From the human T2T-CHM13v2.0 reference genome, Homo sapiens, in NCBI RefSeq assembly GCF_009914755.1, contig NC_060928.1: 64,000 bases of DNA; one strand, 5' to 3'. The position numbers were made by a program, and so were the translations under genes. Positions 49,889 through 64,000 of the stretch are shown here, one piece after another; the first letter of the stretch is position 1, and every line of letters begins with the position of its first letter. The notes under the pieces were generated by a model that saw nothing but the letters and a program-made list of their open reading frames with translations, had not been told where the DNA came from and searched no databases.

Positions 49889-52800
49889 TCTGGGTGGGCC
49901 CCTCCGCGCGCCCCCTCCCCGCCAGGCAGGAGCTGCGAGGCCAGGCTGAGCGAGACCCGGTGTAAGGTACGACAGTGGCAAGTGCGGGTGTGACGGTCCC
50001 GGAACCCAGGGGTCTCGGCCCACCCACCGTGGGAAGGAGGTCCACTAGGGCCCCAGGAGGGGTCTGAGGGCAGCAGGAGCCGGCTCCGGCGGGAGGGGCT
50101 GCTTGGAAGCCGGCCCACCAGGGCCATGGTTCACACCACTCCAGGACGCCCCCTCCGTCTACCCGCCAGGCCAGCCACGGCACTCGGGTCATGGGGGCCG
50201 CCCTCCTGGCTGCCCTGTCCTCCATCCTCTCCCATCTCCCAGCCGTCCGGACACAGCTCGGGGGTGGCGCATTTCACAACGAGGGCCCTGAGTTCAGAGG
50301 TTGCGTCCTCTCGCCACCTTTCCCCAAGCCCAGTGCGGCGGCTCCTGCTCGGTGGGAAGCCCAGCTGTGTGTATGAGTGGGGCGAGCCGAGTAGCAAGGA
50401 GCCTCTCTGTGCCTCAGTTTCCTTGGATAAGACATGGGATGGCAACAGCCTGCAGGCGTGGGGCCACCAGGAGGGTGGAATGGGTAAACGCTGGTGGGCA
50501 CACCCAGGAGCCAAGCATCGTCACCCACGGGGAGGGGAAGAGCCAGACCTTCAAGGGGCCCACAAGAGACAGGCCAGCCACAGTCCCTGAGGGGCGAGAC
50601 GGCTCCCCTCTGCAGGGCAGAAGGCAGAGCCGACCACAGCAACAGAGAGGCGGGGACAGAGGCTGCTGGGCCGCCCACCGCAGGACAGGAGAGGACACCC
50701 TGCTGACCAAGGCTGGAAGCCCCAGTGGGTAGGAATGGCCTGGGGCAGCTCAGGGGCAGGGTGGGGCCCGGCACCCCATCCCTCTGCCGATGGTCCCAGG
50801 AGGCTTCCTCCCTCTACAGACCCTGGCACTGGAGGGGTCCAGCCTGGCTCTGGGTGGTGAAGGCAGCCCTGCCCCTCCCAAGCATCCCTGGCCCCACTGA
50901 CACGGCTCCCACCAGGTAGCCCCCACCACCTGGCAGTGTGTGTGCGGCCTGCAGCTTGAAGAGCCCCTCGGGACGTGCTGAAATTGCCCCAAAGAAAGGG
51001 TTAAGCAGATTTAAAGTGGAAGAAGCAATGTCACAAAACATGGCCCCAGGGAGCCTGGGGTGTGGAGCCTCAGAGGCTGGCAGGCGTCCTGGGCAGTGCC
51101 CTACGCAGAGCAGACAGCGATTGCTGCAGGCCTGACGTTGGCCGGTGTCAGTTCTCGGGGCGACAGGGCCAAGGCCACCTTGGGCCAGCCAGGTAGGAGG
51201 GTTCCCATCCCTCACAAGCCCTCATGGGCACAGCTGCTGCCTCCAGCCTGCCAGAAAAGCCCTGCCCGGCTGCCCTCAGAGACCCTGCCCAGGCCACACT
51301 GGGGCCATCATCGCGGGGTGGTCCAGGCAGGGTGCCTGCCCCTGCTGCCCCCAACTCTAAACATTTGGGGTGGACAGGACCCGAGGAAAGGTTCTGCCCC
51401 CGGGAAGGGGCTGCCTGGTGCAGACCCAGGATGGTCCCAGGCTGTGTGGATGGGTGGGGAAGAAGGCTCGAGGCTGCCGCACCCACCCAGGGCTGCCCAA
51501 GGGCTGAGTCAGACCCCACGTGTGCAGCGGCCGGAGTAGAAAGGAGATGGGGAGGGCTCAGGCGGGGTGTAGGCGGTGGCTGCCTACGCAGGTTGGGGTG
51601 GGGGCACCCAGTGCTGTTTGAGGGCGCAGACCTGGAGCCTGGAATTGGACCCTGGACAGGAACGTGGAGGGTCCCGTACCGTGGGCAGGAGGGGGCCTCA
51701 GTGTGCAGGGCGTGGGGGACACCCAAGGTCAGCACATCCCCGAGAGACCCCAGGGAGCCCCCCACTCACAAAGCCGCACGGCGCCCTGGCCTCACAACTG
51801 AGACTCAGGGCGGGTCAGGGCCCCTCACTCCCTCTCTCCAACAAGTGCTGGGACCGCATGACCACCCTACTTCCCCCAGGACAGCACAGGGACTGCACTG
51901 CCCACTTCCTCCGACGGACACGGCCATCCTCTGGGGCCCTTCCCGGGACTAACATTGCTCCCACGCCCTCCCGCCTCCTCCTGCTTCCCCAGAGCATCCG
52001 CTGCAGCCCCCGCCCCACTCCAGAAAAAGCATCCCCAGCCTAGAGCAAAGAAAACCCAGACCGAGCACCACCCCCACCCTGCGGCGGCTCCCCCAGTGCT
52101 CTGCCCCGCTCCCGCAGTGCTGTCTGCCAGCTGCTCCCAGGACCTCAACTCCCCAAGGCTCTGGCCCTGCCCCCCTCCTGCCCCCTCTCAACACGCACGT
52201 GGGGCCTCCACATCTCCTGCTTGGCAGGAACCTGCCCCTCTCTCTGGGACACCTGCCTGCTGGCATCTGAGCCAGACCCTGCTCCCGCCACCTGCAGACA
52301 CCGGGCTCCACCTGGCTGCTGAGTCTCGGGTGTGCAGGGTGTGCTGTGGCAGCACCAACCACTCCAAAGCTGAGCGGCTTCCACCGGGCAATTTCACGAT
52401 GCCCACGGCCTCCAGGCCCAGAATTCAGAGTAGGCGGTGGGGGTGGGGTTGTTTCCGCTCCACAACGTCGGAGGCATTGGCTGGGTGCTCTCAGCGCGGC
52501 CTCAGCTGGGACTGGAGTCGGAACTCCCAGCGCAGCCTCCCCATCCTCCCCATGTGGCTGGGGCTTCCTCACAGCCCAGCTCCAGGTCCCAGGAGCAAGT
52601 GCTCAGGAGAACCCAGGAGACAGCCGTGCCGGTGACCCAGCCTGGAGTCGCCCATTCCGCCCCCACCAAAGGACCCTGCACCCAGCTTCCAGGGGCTGGG
52701 CGTGGAGCCTGACTCGGAGTGTGGTTGTGAGAGGCCCAGAGCAAGATGAGCGTGAGGGAGGGGACGACGCGCAACCACTTTTGAAAAGCGTGTTCTGCCA

Positions 52801-53209
52801 CAGCCGCCCTCCAGCCACACTTCCCATCCCTCCTCTCCCTGCGGGTCCAGGTGTGGACGCGGCTCCTCGGGTGCCTCCTCCGTGCACCCCAGAGACCCAG
52901 GGCTCCCTGCCGACCCTGCAGGGTGAGCTCTGCCCACGTCCTGCACTCAAGGGTGGGGCTGCCCAGAGGCACCTGCAGGCACCGCCCGCAGCAGTTCTGA
53001 AACCCTGGGGGGGGCACAGCTTTCGAGGTTGCTGACTGGCGCACCCCTTCTTCCCAGGAGTCCTGGTGGCTCTCATGCTCCCGGCCCAGGCTTCAGAGTC
53101 TTCTCCCCTTTCCCCCTCCCCACTGGAGTTCAGGGGGACCCTCGTTGTCCCGTTCCTGTCCTCTTTAGCCCAAACTGGAAGTGCTCTCTTTGTTTTGTAG
53201 GCAGCATGA

Positions 53210-53584
<375 letters not shown>

Positions 53585-53849
53585 TCCTATGACTCTTACT
53601 GGGGTCTATGTCATTAGACAAAAGCCACACTCCCCACCCCTCCACGGTAAGCTCCTCCCGCCGCGGGCTCCTCCCGGGACTGCTAAGATAGCCGAGACCC
53701 GATGCCCTTCAGATTCTAGAAGCCCCACTGTTTCATGCAGAGGACCGAGGCAGACCCCAGACCCCCAGAGTGTGTGAGGTGTGTGTCCTGCCTACCGCGT
53801 GACTCAGACAAGTGCATAATGACAAGTGCATAAACGACTCAATTATGTG

Positions 53850-54619
<770 letters not shown>

Positions 54620-54620
<1 letters not shown>

Positions 54621-54800
54621 CTATTATTATGGAAACGTGCGTGCGTACACAAAAGCAGTGAGACCTGTAGCATGGGACCTCGTGCCATTCACCCACGGCC
54701 TTCAATCGTCAACTCAGGAGCAAAGTGGCTCCATCTCCACCCCACCCATCCCCCAGAGCATCTTGAAGTGAATTTTCCATATCACATCCTTTCATCCATT
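54620..54800 (-). mobile_element. L1MC5/ME-like 3' end fragment
   Basis: ttattatggaaa...acacaaaagcag...tcaactca...ttgaagtgaat...atatcacatcctttcatcc. Confidence 0.5.
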
Positions 54801-54897
54801 CGGGCCTAAGTGAGGCCGCCCCCCCACCACTGATGTCCCCTAATCCACATCCATCCTGTGGAAATCAAGCCATGCCAAGCCCTGGCTTCACCCGCCC

Positions 54898-55412
<515 letters not shown>

Positions 55413-56014
55413 TCAGCCACTGATGGTGCCCCTATGGCCCCCCTGGTCTCCTCAGCCCCTCCCGGCCTCTCCGATCTTCTATGTGTTCCACCTGCCGTGC
55501 CTGCACCCTGAGACCCCCACCCCAGGCGGCCCCTCCTGAACCTCCAGACCTCCGTGTAAACATGGCCTCCTGAGAGAGCCCCGTCCTGGGTGCCCCCAGC
55601 CCCATAATTCCCTCCACAGTGGCGACGGTGGCCTGAAACTGCGTGGATCTGCTGTTTCCATGCTCACGGGCCCCTCCCCGCCCAGGCGCCAGCCACGGGT
55701 GGAGGCTGCAGTTGTCTCCGTCTTGCTCTCTGTTGTCCCAGGGGCCTGTCCTGCTGGTTCCTGAGGGGCTCCGTGGCAAGAGGTGAGGCCCCTGGTGGGA
55801 GGGCCCAGTGGGTGGGGGAGGCTTAGAGGCAGCAAAGTCAGGTCAGCAGTGGCTGAAACCCAAGGAGGGTCCTGCAGCCGCTACACACACACTCTGCTTA
55901 GTAACGGCTCCGGCACCTGACACCCGCTGCCCACCAGTGCCTGGCCTCAGCCCCGTCCATCACTCCCCGTCCTTCACCCATCCCTGCTCGCCGGAGGGAG
56001 AGCCGTTTGGATCT

Positions 56015-56125
56015 GTCCAAGCTGAACAATGCAATACTTCTGCTGAGCTGTGAAGCTGATTAATAATTTGGAAATGAAATCAATATGGGTTCTGCTTTTC
56101 ATTCCTGGTGAATCCTCGTATGCTG
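56015..56125. promoter_or_regulatory. Short AT-rich motif island
   Basis: AACAATG, TGATTAAT (56057), AAATCAATA ONECUT-type (56077). Confidence 0.45.
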
Positions 56126-56615
56126 GGCTTACGGGACGGAGGGCGCCAGGGACAGGGACCATGCGGGTTTGGAGGCGGGGCCCAAGGAGGAGCAGGAGGG
56201 AGAGACACAGATGGCCCAGCGCTGCACCACTGAGCAAATGGGATGGCGGCTGCCGATGCAGTTCAGACTTGGCCTTGAATCCACGTCAGGAACCAAGCCC
56301 AGCGGTGCTGCAGACCCCAAGCCCTGGCTCCTGCTCAGGAGCCCCCTAGGCCTCTGGGAGAGAGGGCTGTCCAGAGTTGTCGCTGGTCTCAGGGATCCCC
56401 TCCCCTCAGGATGTGGCTCTGGCAGGGCTGTCTCTGCTGCCTGGGGTCCCCCACTCTCAGAAACAGAGTCCGGGGCCTGGGGTCCATGGCCAGCCCCACA
56501 CCCCCATCCCTCATCAGCCCCTCGGGCCTCCTTCCAGCCCCCCAGGTCCTGACAGGCTCCAGGGCCTCACTGACTCTCACGGGAAGGCCCAGGCCTGCAC
56601 CTGCCCCGGGGCCTC

Positions 56616-57272
<657 letters not shown>

Positions 57273-59149
57273 GCCTCCCTGGAACCCAGGGCTTTGTGGC
57301 GGCCCCCGAGATGGGTGTCTCAGCCCCTGCGACTTCCCTATGCTTGTGAGCACCTATAACCCCTCATCATGGATGCTGAGCCCCCTGCCAGCTCAGTGCC
57401 GAGGGGGCACCCAGGACTGGGCCCGTCCACAGCAGCTTGTCCCCCTTCCCCAACCCCTCCCTACACCCCACTCAACGCGCTGCCCCCACACCAAGAATTT
57501 CTCCTCCCCTGGCCCCCAGACTCCAGCTGCCTCCCCTGGCCCCCGGACCCCAGCTGCCTGCCGGAAGACCTGCCACCCGCCTCAGGACACCGCCCGTGCA
57601 GGGGAGCCCAAGGGGCAGACGGGCAAGGGGAGGGATGAACAAGTGAGCAGGCTCTCGGATGCCCAGGCGTGGTGCAGGGGCTACGTGCCTCGAAGGTCTG
57701 TGGAGATGGTGACCGGGGATCCCAGCAGGGCCCCTGTTTTCGGGGCCAGAGCAGCAAGAGGTGCCCAACACTGGGAGGGCCAGACTAGGGCCTGGAGGAC
57801 AACAGGGAGGGCAGTGGGGGTGGCCTGGGGTGGAGAGACTGCAAAGTCCCCAGGCAGGGCATCTGGGCTTGGGAGGGATTCCGCGACGTGGGGGGCGGCC
57901 TGGGGTGGGGGACAGAGGCCTGGGCACCCCAGCTGGGCAGGCGGCTGAGGTGGCTGTGACCCCAGGCCAAGGCTGGAGGGGCACCTCCCAGGCTCTCCCC
58001 CACTGCACAGCCCCATGACAGGGCAGGGCAGCCAGACGCCCCCATCTGCCCTGCCAGGCTCTGCGGCCACACTCAAAACACTGGCCCCTGCCCCCAACCC
58101 GGGCCCCGGCTGCCCTCTTTCTGCCCCCGACTCACCCCTGGACCAGCCCTGTCCGCAGCACACCCGAGGCCCTCAGGCTGCCCACACTCTGAGCACCCAC
58201 CCTGCTCCAGGGCACAGCCCTGCCACTGGCACCTGCTGGTTGCACGGACGTGGGCTGGACCATGTGGCTTTGAACCCTGCCTGGTGACCTCCGGCAGATC
58301 CTCAGGGCCCTAGCTGGGGAATGGGGGCACAGAACGGGGCCTCTGGGCCACCCTGAGGTGCGTCTCAGCCGCCTGACCCAGCCCGGCTCACAGGAAGCAG
58401 GGGCGCAGTGGGCGGTGTCCCTCATTTGCAGCGACACTGTGTGTGGCCTTCACTCCTCTTGCTCAGCTCAGTCCTTGGAGCACTGGCTGGGCCAGGATAT
58501 GGGGGTGTGGGGTCTGTCCGTGGGCCCTGAGAGACACCCCTGGCTGGAGGGGGGCCCCCGCCACCCCAGTTCGAAGCCTTGGTGTTCAGCAGTCAGTCTC
58601 CCCCCGTCCTCCTGGCCTGTCCTGGAGAGCAGCCCTCAGACCCAGCTCAGGCCACAAGGGCAGCTCAGGTCACAGAGGCTCCTCACCAGTCCCAGGGCAG
58701 GGAACTGAGCTGACCTGCACTGGCCCAGCTGGCAGAGCCTCTCCTGAGGTGCCCCTGGTGCACAAGAAGACAGGCAGCTCCTCACTTCAAAGGCCACATG
58801 TAGCCCCTGCTGGGCCTCCAGACACAGGCAGGTACCAAGGCCTGGGCGGGCAGCACCGTGCCAGGCTGCTCCATGTGCCAGCAGCAGAGGCGCCTCCGTG
58901 GGGGCCCTGGCTCCTGAGCCCTGCAGTCTCTGTCCACACGGTGGGCAAGGGGCCAGCATGGAGGGTGAGGGCCCCCCACCCTGGCCATGCCAAAGGTTCT
59001 CAGCACAGGCTGGAGGCAGCCCCTCTGCCAGGAGGTGGCCAGTGGATGGCGGCACATGCAGAGAGAAGGGACGACTCCAGCAGAGTGCTGCTGTCCGGCC
59101 GAGCAGCTACCCGAGAGCTAAAGTTCCTTGACCCGTGCCTGGCAGGGGA

Positions 59150-59562
59150 GGTGGTTTTATAGGAGCCATTGACCGGCGGCATTGATCCCCAAGAATGTAT
59201 CGCACAAATCATTTTGCACTAAACTGCGGAATCGATGGAGAAATCTCCCGGAAAATTTATATTAAAAGTCTCTGTTTGCCTAAATGAGTTCCCTGTGCCC
59301 ATATTGAATATTTGGCTGATGAATTGAATGGGTTTAAATTTGAACATTGCAGACCCATTAAAGAATGAATTCTTAAATCAAACCCTGCCGTTTATGATTG
59401 AAATGAGATTTCCTCTGCAATGGGCCAGCCACTAAATAAATCAGCTGTATGTTTTATACTGAACCATAAACAAGATATAAGTCTTTTAAATACACAACAG
59501 GTGCCTTAAATCTTTTGATGCATCTTGTATTTATCTGAAGTGCAGATTGCTGTATTTACACC
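59150..59562. promoter_or_regulatory. AT-rich island, strong candidate enhancer
   Basis: TTAAATCA (59373) and ATAAATCA (59436), PBX-HOX type on - strand; TTTATGA (59391), CCATAAAC (59464). Confidence 0.65.
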
Positions 59563-59699
59563 AGGTCGTGCAAGACCTCTCACGGTGCTGCCAGTGAAGG
59601 TTAAAGTGGCTACTGGGCTCCCGCCAGGGCCTCCCGAGAAGCCCAGGCAGGGCCGAGTGCTCTCAGCCAGCACGCTCGAGGGGTGTGCTCCGCCCCCTC

Positions 59700-60245
59700 A
59701 GACACACACGAAGGCATGCGCGCACACACACACATGCTCACACACACCACACATGCATAGGCACACATGTACACACCCACACGGACCTGCACCCACACAT
59801 CACACACACTCGCGTAAACACGCACATGGCAGGTGCATAAATGATACCTGCACAGATGCATACAAGCCTGGTGCATGCACACACGCCCAGGCCTGCCGCA
59901 TGTGACACACGTGTGCTCACACTGACACACGGCACCCACATGCGCACAGCATAAACAAGCATGCACACACCAGCACATGTACACACAGGGCAGGTTCACA
60001 AGTGCACACATGTACACACCTGCATCCACTCACCTGCACAAATGTGGGTGCTTGCATGCTCTCGGGCACGTGATCACACACGCATGTATACACTCAAACG
60101 CATACTGACACACAGGCACATGGCACCCACTTACACACACATGCCAACACACACAAGGCACATGGCCTGCTACACATATGTACATCTCAGCACAAATTCA
60201 CTAACCCAGGCATGCACACGCAAGCACAGACACCTGCGCACACAC
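59700..60245. repeat. Degenerate (CA/CATG)n tract
   Basis: Directly visible. Confidence 0.9.
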
Positions 60246-60403
60246 TGGCACGGCCTCCCAGCCCTACCCAGTGACCAAAGGGTCAGCAGAGGCAGCCTCT
60301 GCAGCAACCCAACCCGGCAGGGACAAGCTACTCGGGAAAACAGAGAACAGAGAACAGAAAGCAGGGCTATTCCCACCTCTGTGCACAAGGCATGGCCAAC
60401 TCT

Positions 60404-60750
60404 TGCCTTAGTCCCGCCCCTGCTGCTGTAACAAAACACACAGACTGAGTAATTTACAAAGAACAGAAAGGTACTGGGGGTGGGAAGCCCAAGGTAGGGG
60501 CGCCGGCAGGTTTGGTGTCTGGCGAGGGCCCAGGCTCCGCTCCCAATATGGCGTCCTGTCACCGGGTCCTCACCCTGTCAAAGAGCAGAAGTGAGTGGGC
60601 CCAGTCCCTCAAAACCCTCGGTAAGGGCCCTAATCCCAGCCAGGAGGGCAGAGCCCCTGAAACCTAACCATCTCCCAAAGGCCCTGCCTCTTAGTCCTAC
60701 TGTTGGAGCTAATGTTTGAACATGAATGTTGGAGGGACACAAACACGCAA
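60404..60750 (-). mobile_element. MSTD/MLT1A-like MaLR LTR
   Basis: cttagtcc...tgctgtaacaaaac...agactgagtaattta...ggtgtctggcgagggcc...cctaaccatctcccaaaggcc...ggagggacacaaaca. Confidence 0.82.
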
Positions 60751-60879
60751 AACACTGCAACCCTGATGCGAAAATAAGCACACGCAGGCACCACGAGAGA
60801 AGAAAGTCCCGGGCAGGCCTGAGATCCACACCGACGTGCGTGGCTATGCGTGTGTGTGTCACAGGCAAGCTGCATTCAT

Positions 60880-61110
60880 GGAAATGAATCCAACAGTGTA
60901 CCTTAAGTGACACCGTGTGAAGCAGGCCAGGTGTGCCGGGACAGCTCCACACCAGAAAATCACCCCTGTGGTTAGTTCCATCAGGAGCCACAGGAGAAAA
61001 ACCACACAATTGTCTCAGAAGACTTGGAAATGCTTTTCATAAAGTTCAATAGTTATTTTTTTACATAACTCAAAAACTAGGAAAGAAAGATAATAGGATC
61101 ATTATATGGA
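60880..61110 (+). mobile_element. Old L1M ORF2 (RT region) fragment
   Basis: gagaaaaaccacacaattgtctcagaagacttggaaatgcttttcataaagttcaa resembles the L1 segment encoding KNHMIISIDAEKAFDKIQ. Confidence 0.6.
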
Positions 61111-61570
61111 GAACAGTACCTGTACCTCACCTGTACCTCAGGTCCCACGCAAAGAGGGAGAGGCTGGGATCACATCAGCAGGCTTCAGAAACTGATACGA
61201 AAACGTCAGAGAACCCCGAAGAAGAAGTGAGCACCAAAGACTCGGCGATTCTCAGGAGGAGGGTGCCAGCTGGCTGGTATGCTCACGCGACCAGCCTCAC
61301 AGGAGTCAGATGAATGCGGCCAGTCACGCTGGGCACCTGCCACACTCGGTGTGGAGCAGCAGACACTGGAGGGGCATAGCACAGCCACCGCCGGCAAGGA
61401 CAGGAGGATTGGGGCCTGCAGGCTGCGCGCAGCCCATCCCAGAGGCCGGCTGTGGGGCTTGTGGAAAGGGTGTCTGCAGACCCTGGGGCTCCACGGCCCC
61501 ACTTCAGGCCACACAGCCAAAGTCACGGGGCCTGCTGAGGAGCACCCAAGCATCACCCACCGGCGAAGGG

Positions 61571-61779
61571 GTGAGGGGGATACAGAGAAGTGAGGGGGAT
61601 GCAGAGACGTGAGGGGGATGCAGAGACGTGAGGGGCATGCAGAGACGTGAGGGGGATGCAGAGACGTGAGGGGGATGCAGAGACATGAGGGGCATGCAGA
61701 GACGTGAGGGGGATGCAGAGACGTGAGGGGGACGCAGAGACGTGAGGGGGATGCAGAGACGTGAGGGGGATGCAGAGAC
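61571..61779. repeat. 19-bp minisatellite gtgagggggatgcagagac x~11
   Basis: Units at 61571, 61590, 61609 ... Confidence 0.96.
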
Positions 61780-62271
61780 ACACCAGAACAACAGAAGAGG
61801 CACAGCCCCAGAGCAGCGTCACCGCAGCAGCAAGAGGACGGGGCGCCAGGTCAGCCGTCGCTGCCCCTGGGGTTCTGTCTAGGAAGCCTCTGCACAGGGA
61901 GCTCCTGCTCCTGGGGGCAGCCCAGGGGAGGTTCCTGCCGCCTCCGGTCACAACAGCTCCGTCCGCCAATCAATACCCGGCCCTGCTTTATGTGTGGCCC
62001 TATTCACAGACACCGCACTGAGCGTGTATATTGATCCCTTAACATCAAGCTCACAGCCAGCGGTGCCACAGCTCCCACCCAGAGGCAGGTCGCCCCACAC
62101 GCATTTCTCCACGGGGTGCCCCATGGCCGTCCTATGCTGACGGACACCAGATGGCATTTCAGCACCGGGCACAGGGGCCGCTTTAAACAGCAAAATCACC
62201 AAAGGGACACGAGAGCAAAAACATGGCACACGCAAACCACAAAAAAGGACATTTACAGATGAGCAGAGACA

Positions 62272-62918
62272 GAAGGCAGGATGCGGCCACGCCCACCCCA
62301 CCTGGGCACACAGAAGGCAGGACACGACCACGCCCACCTCACCTGGGGACACAAGGGAGGCAGGATGCAGCCACGCCCACCCCACCTGGGTACACACGGA
62401 AGACAGGATGCGGCTACGCCCACCCTACTTGGGCACACACACGGAAAACAGGATGCGGCCATGCCCATCCCGCCTGGGCACACATGGAAGACAGGATGTG
62501 GCCACGCCCACCCTACCTGGGCCCACACGGAAGACAGGATGCGGCCACACCCACCCCACCTGGGCGCACACTGAAGACAGGATGCGGCCACGCCCACCCC
62601 ACCTGGGCACACACACGGAAGACAGGATGCGGCCACATCCACCCCACCTGGGCACACATGGAAGACAGGATGCGGCCACACCCACCCTACGTGGGCACAC
62701 ATGGAAGACAGGATGCAGCCACGCCCACCTCACCTGGGCACGCACGGAAGACAGGATGTGGCCACGCCCATCCCACCTGGGCACACATGGAAGACAGGAT
62801 GCGGCCACGCCCACCTCACCTGGGCACGCACGGAAGACAGGATGTGGCCACGCCCATCCCACCTGGGCACACATGGAAGACAGGATGCAGCCACGCCCAT
62901 CCCACCTGGGCGCACACA
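62272..62918. repeat. 43-bp minisatellite x~15
   Basis: gaagacaggatgcggccacgcccaccccacctgggcacacatg; units at 62530, 62573, 62618, 62661, 62704. Confidence 0.96.
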
Positions 62919-62919
62919 G

Positions 62920-63058
62920 GGGATGGCCCGAATTGTTTGCTGCTCCTCACATGTCCAAGAATGACCACAAAAGCACCACAAGTACTGATTTGGGGGTTGC
63001 CACTTTATCAAGGAGGCAAATGTGCAAATGCAGAATCCGAACAAGGGATTGGCTGCAT
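62920..63058 (-). mobile_element. MER82-like TcMar-Tigger DNA transposon end
   Basis: catgtccaagaatgaccacaaaagcaccacaagtactgatttgggggtt...gcaaatgcagaatcc resembles the reverse complement of the MER82 terminus. Confidence 0.62.
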
Positions 63059-63659
63059 CCACAGATGAAGGACCATGCACTTTTCTCCAAAGCCGCCATG
63101 CAGCAAAGACAGAGCAGCGACGTTAGGGCAGGGGCTGGGCAGGGATGGGCAAGGCTGTGGATGGCGATGTTTCAGAGACATCCGTTTGGCTGTTTCAACA
63201 GAGACCAACCTGCCACAGCTCAAGGGGCCTCCTGCCTGTCATCACCCCTGGGTGCTGGGCCAGCCACTGTGTGAGAGATTCTGGGATTCCAGGAAGGAAG
63301 GATGGGGGATGTTGGATGCAGTAAGCAGGTTCTGGTGCAGGAAATCAAGACACCGGCAAGACGAAGGGGTGGGCACAGCCAGGAGAGGAAGCATGTGAGA
63401 CTGCGGAGCGACATGAGATGCAAAATCAAACACAAAATAAAACCACAAAATGAAACAAACCCAAAATAAAGCAAGTCACAGGACACATCAGCACTGCTGA
63501 TGAAGACAGTGCCAGGAGCCCAGGAGCGGCTCACTCAGCCAGGCACGCAGGTCCCCACGGCCAAGGTTGGAAGCGGGGAGGTCCCACCCCTCCCTACTGA
63601 GCCCAAGGGCCATCAAGAGGGGCCAAGCAAGTTGGCGCCCAGCAGGCTGGATGACACGG

Positions 63660-63795
63660 GAGCCGAGCCATGATTGCGCCACTGCACTCCAGCCCGGGTG
63701 TCACAGTGAGACTCCATCTCACTGCACTCCAGCCTGGGTGTCACAGCGAGACTCCGTCTCACGTCTCAAAACAACAACAACAACAAAACTAAAAC
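63660..63795 (+). mobile_element. Alu 3' fragment with internal 40-bp tandem duplication and (CAA)n tail
   Basis: cactgcactccagcc at 63680 and 63720. Confidence 0.88.
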
Positions 63796-64000
63796 TGTGA
63801 CTATTCTAGGAAAACACATGTTTAAAAGGCAAAATAGTTTATTTGAGCAAATACATTCTTGAATTGAGCAGCTGCAAACCAGAAGTGGTTGAGGGAATGC
63901 AGGGTGAAGGCTTTGATAAGAAGGATGCAGAAGTAAACCAAAGAAAAGCTTGGATTGGTGACAGTCACACTGTTGCCTGCTTCGGTCTGTCCCGCGGAGA
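63796..64000 (-). mobile_element. ERV1-type LTR fragment (MER31/MER67-like), runs off the window
   Basis: tttatttgagcaaa...gaattgagcagc...aaaccagaagtggtt...ggattggtgacagt. Confidence 0.45.

Noticed and set aside
62158-62179. REST/RE1-like TTCAGCACCGGGCACAGGGGCC, and CAGCACCCTGGA in the 66-bp VNTR
   Set aside because: Only the left half-site matches; the required GGACAG right half is broken
62223-63274. 281- and 288-aa repetitive ORFs
   Set aside because: Products of the 43-bp VNTR

Overview
Primate (human-like) non-coding genomic DNA: it carries AluJ/S/Y, THE1, MLT1, MER54, MIR and old L1M elements. The background is very GC-rich and minisatellite-rich, as in subtelomeric regions. I find no credible protein-coding gene, RNA gene or CRISPR array; the supplied ORFs are what GC-rich sequence, Alus and tandem repeats produce by chance. 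The dominant structure not explained by repeats is about 17 sharply bounded AT-rich, non-repetitive islands of 70-600 bp. Most are packed with homeodomain (TAAT/ATTA, P3), PBX-HOX, POU, SOX, FOX, GATA and TCF motifs, and several abut CpG-rich islands. There is also one near-perfect CTCF site at 26.5 kb. This looks like part of a long-range enhancer landscape (genomic regulatory block) of a developmental transcription-factor gene lying outside the window, which I cannot name from the sequence alone. An AT-rich block of nested L1/LTR/Alu insertions occupies about 28.8-38.6 kb. Repeat family calls come from recalled consensus motifs, not a database search, and boundaries are approximate. I did not find evidence for a genuinely new biological system.
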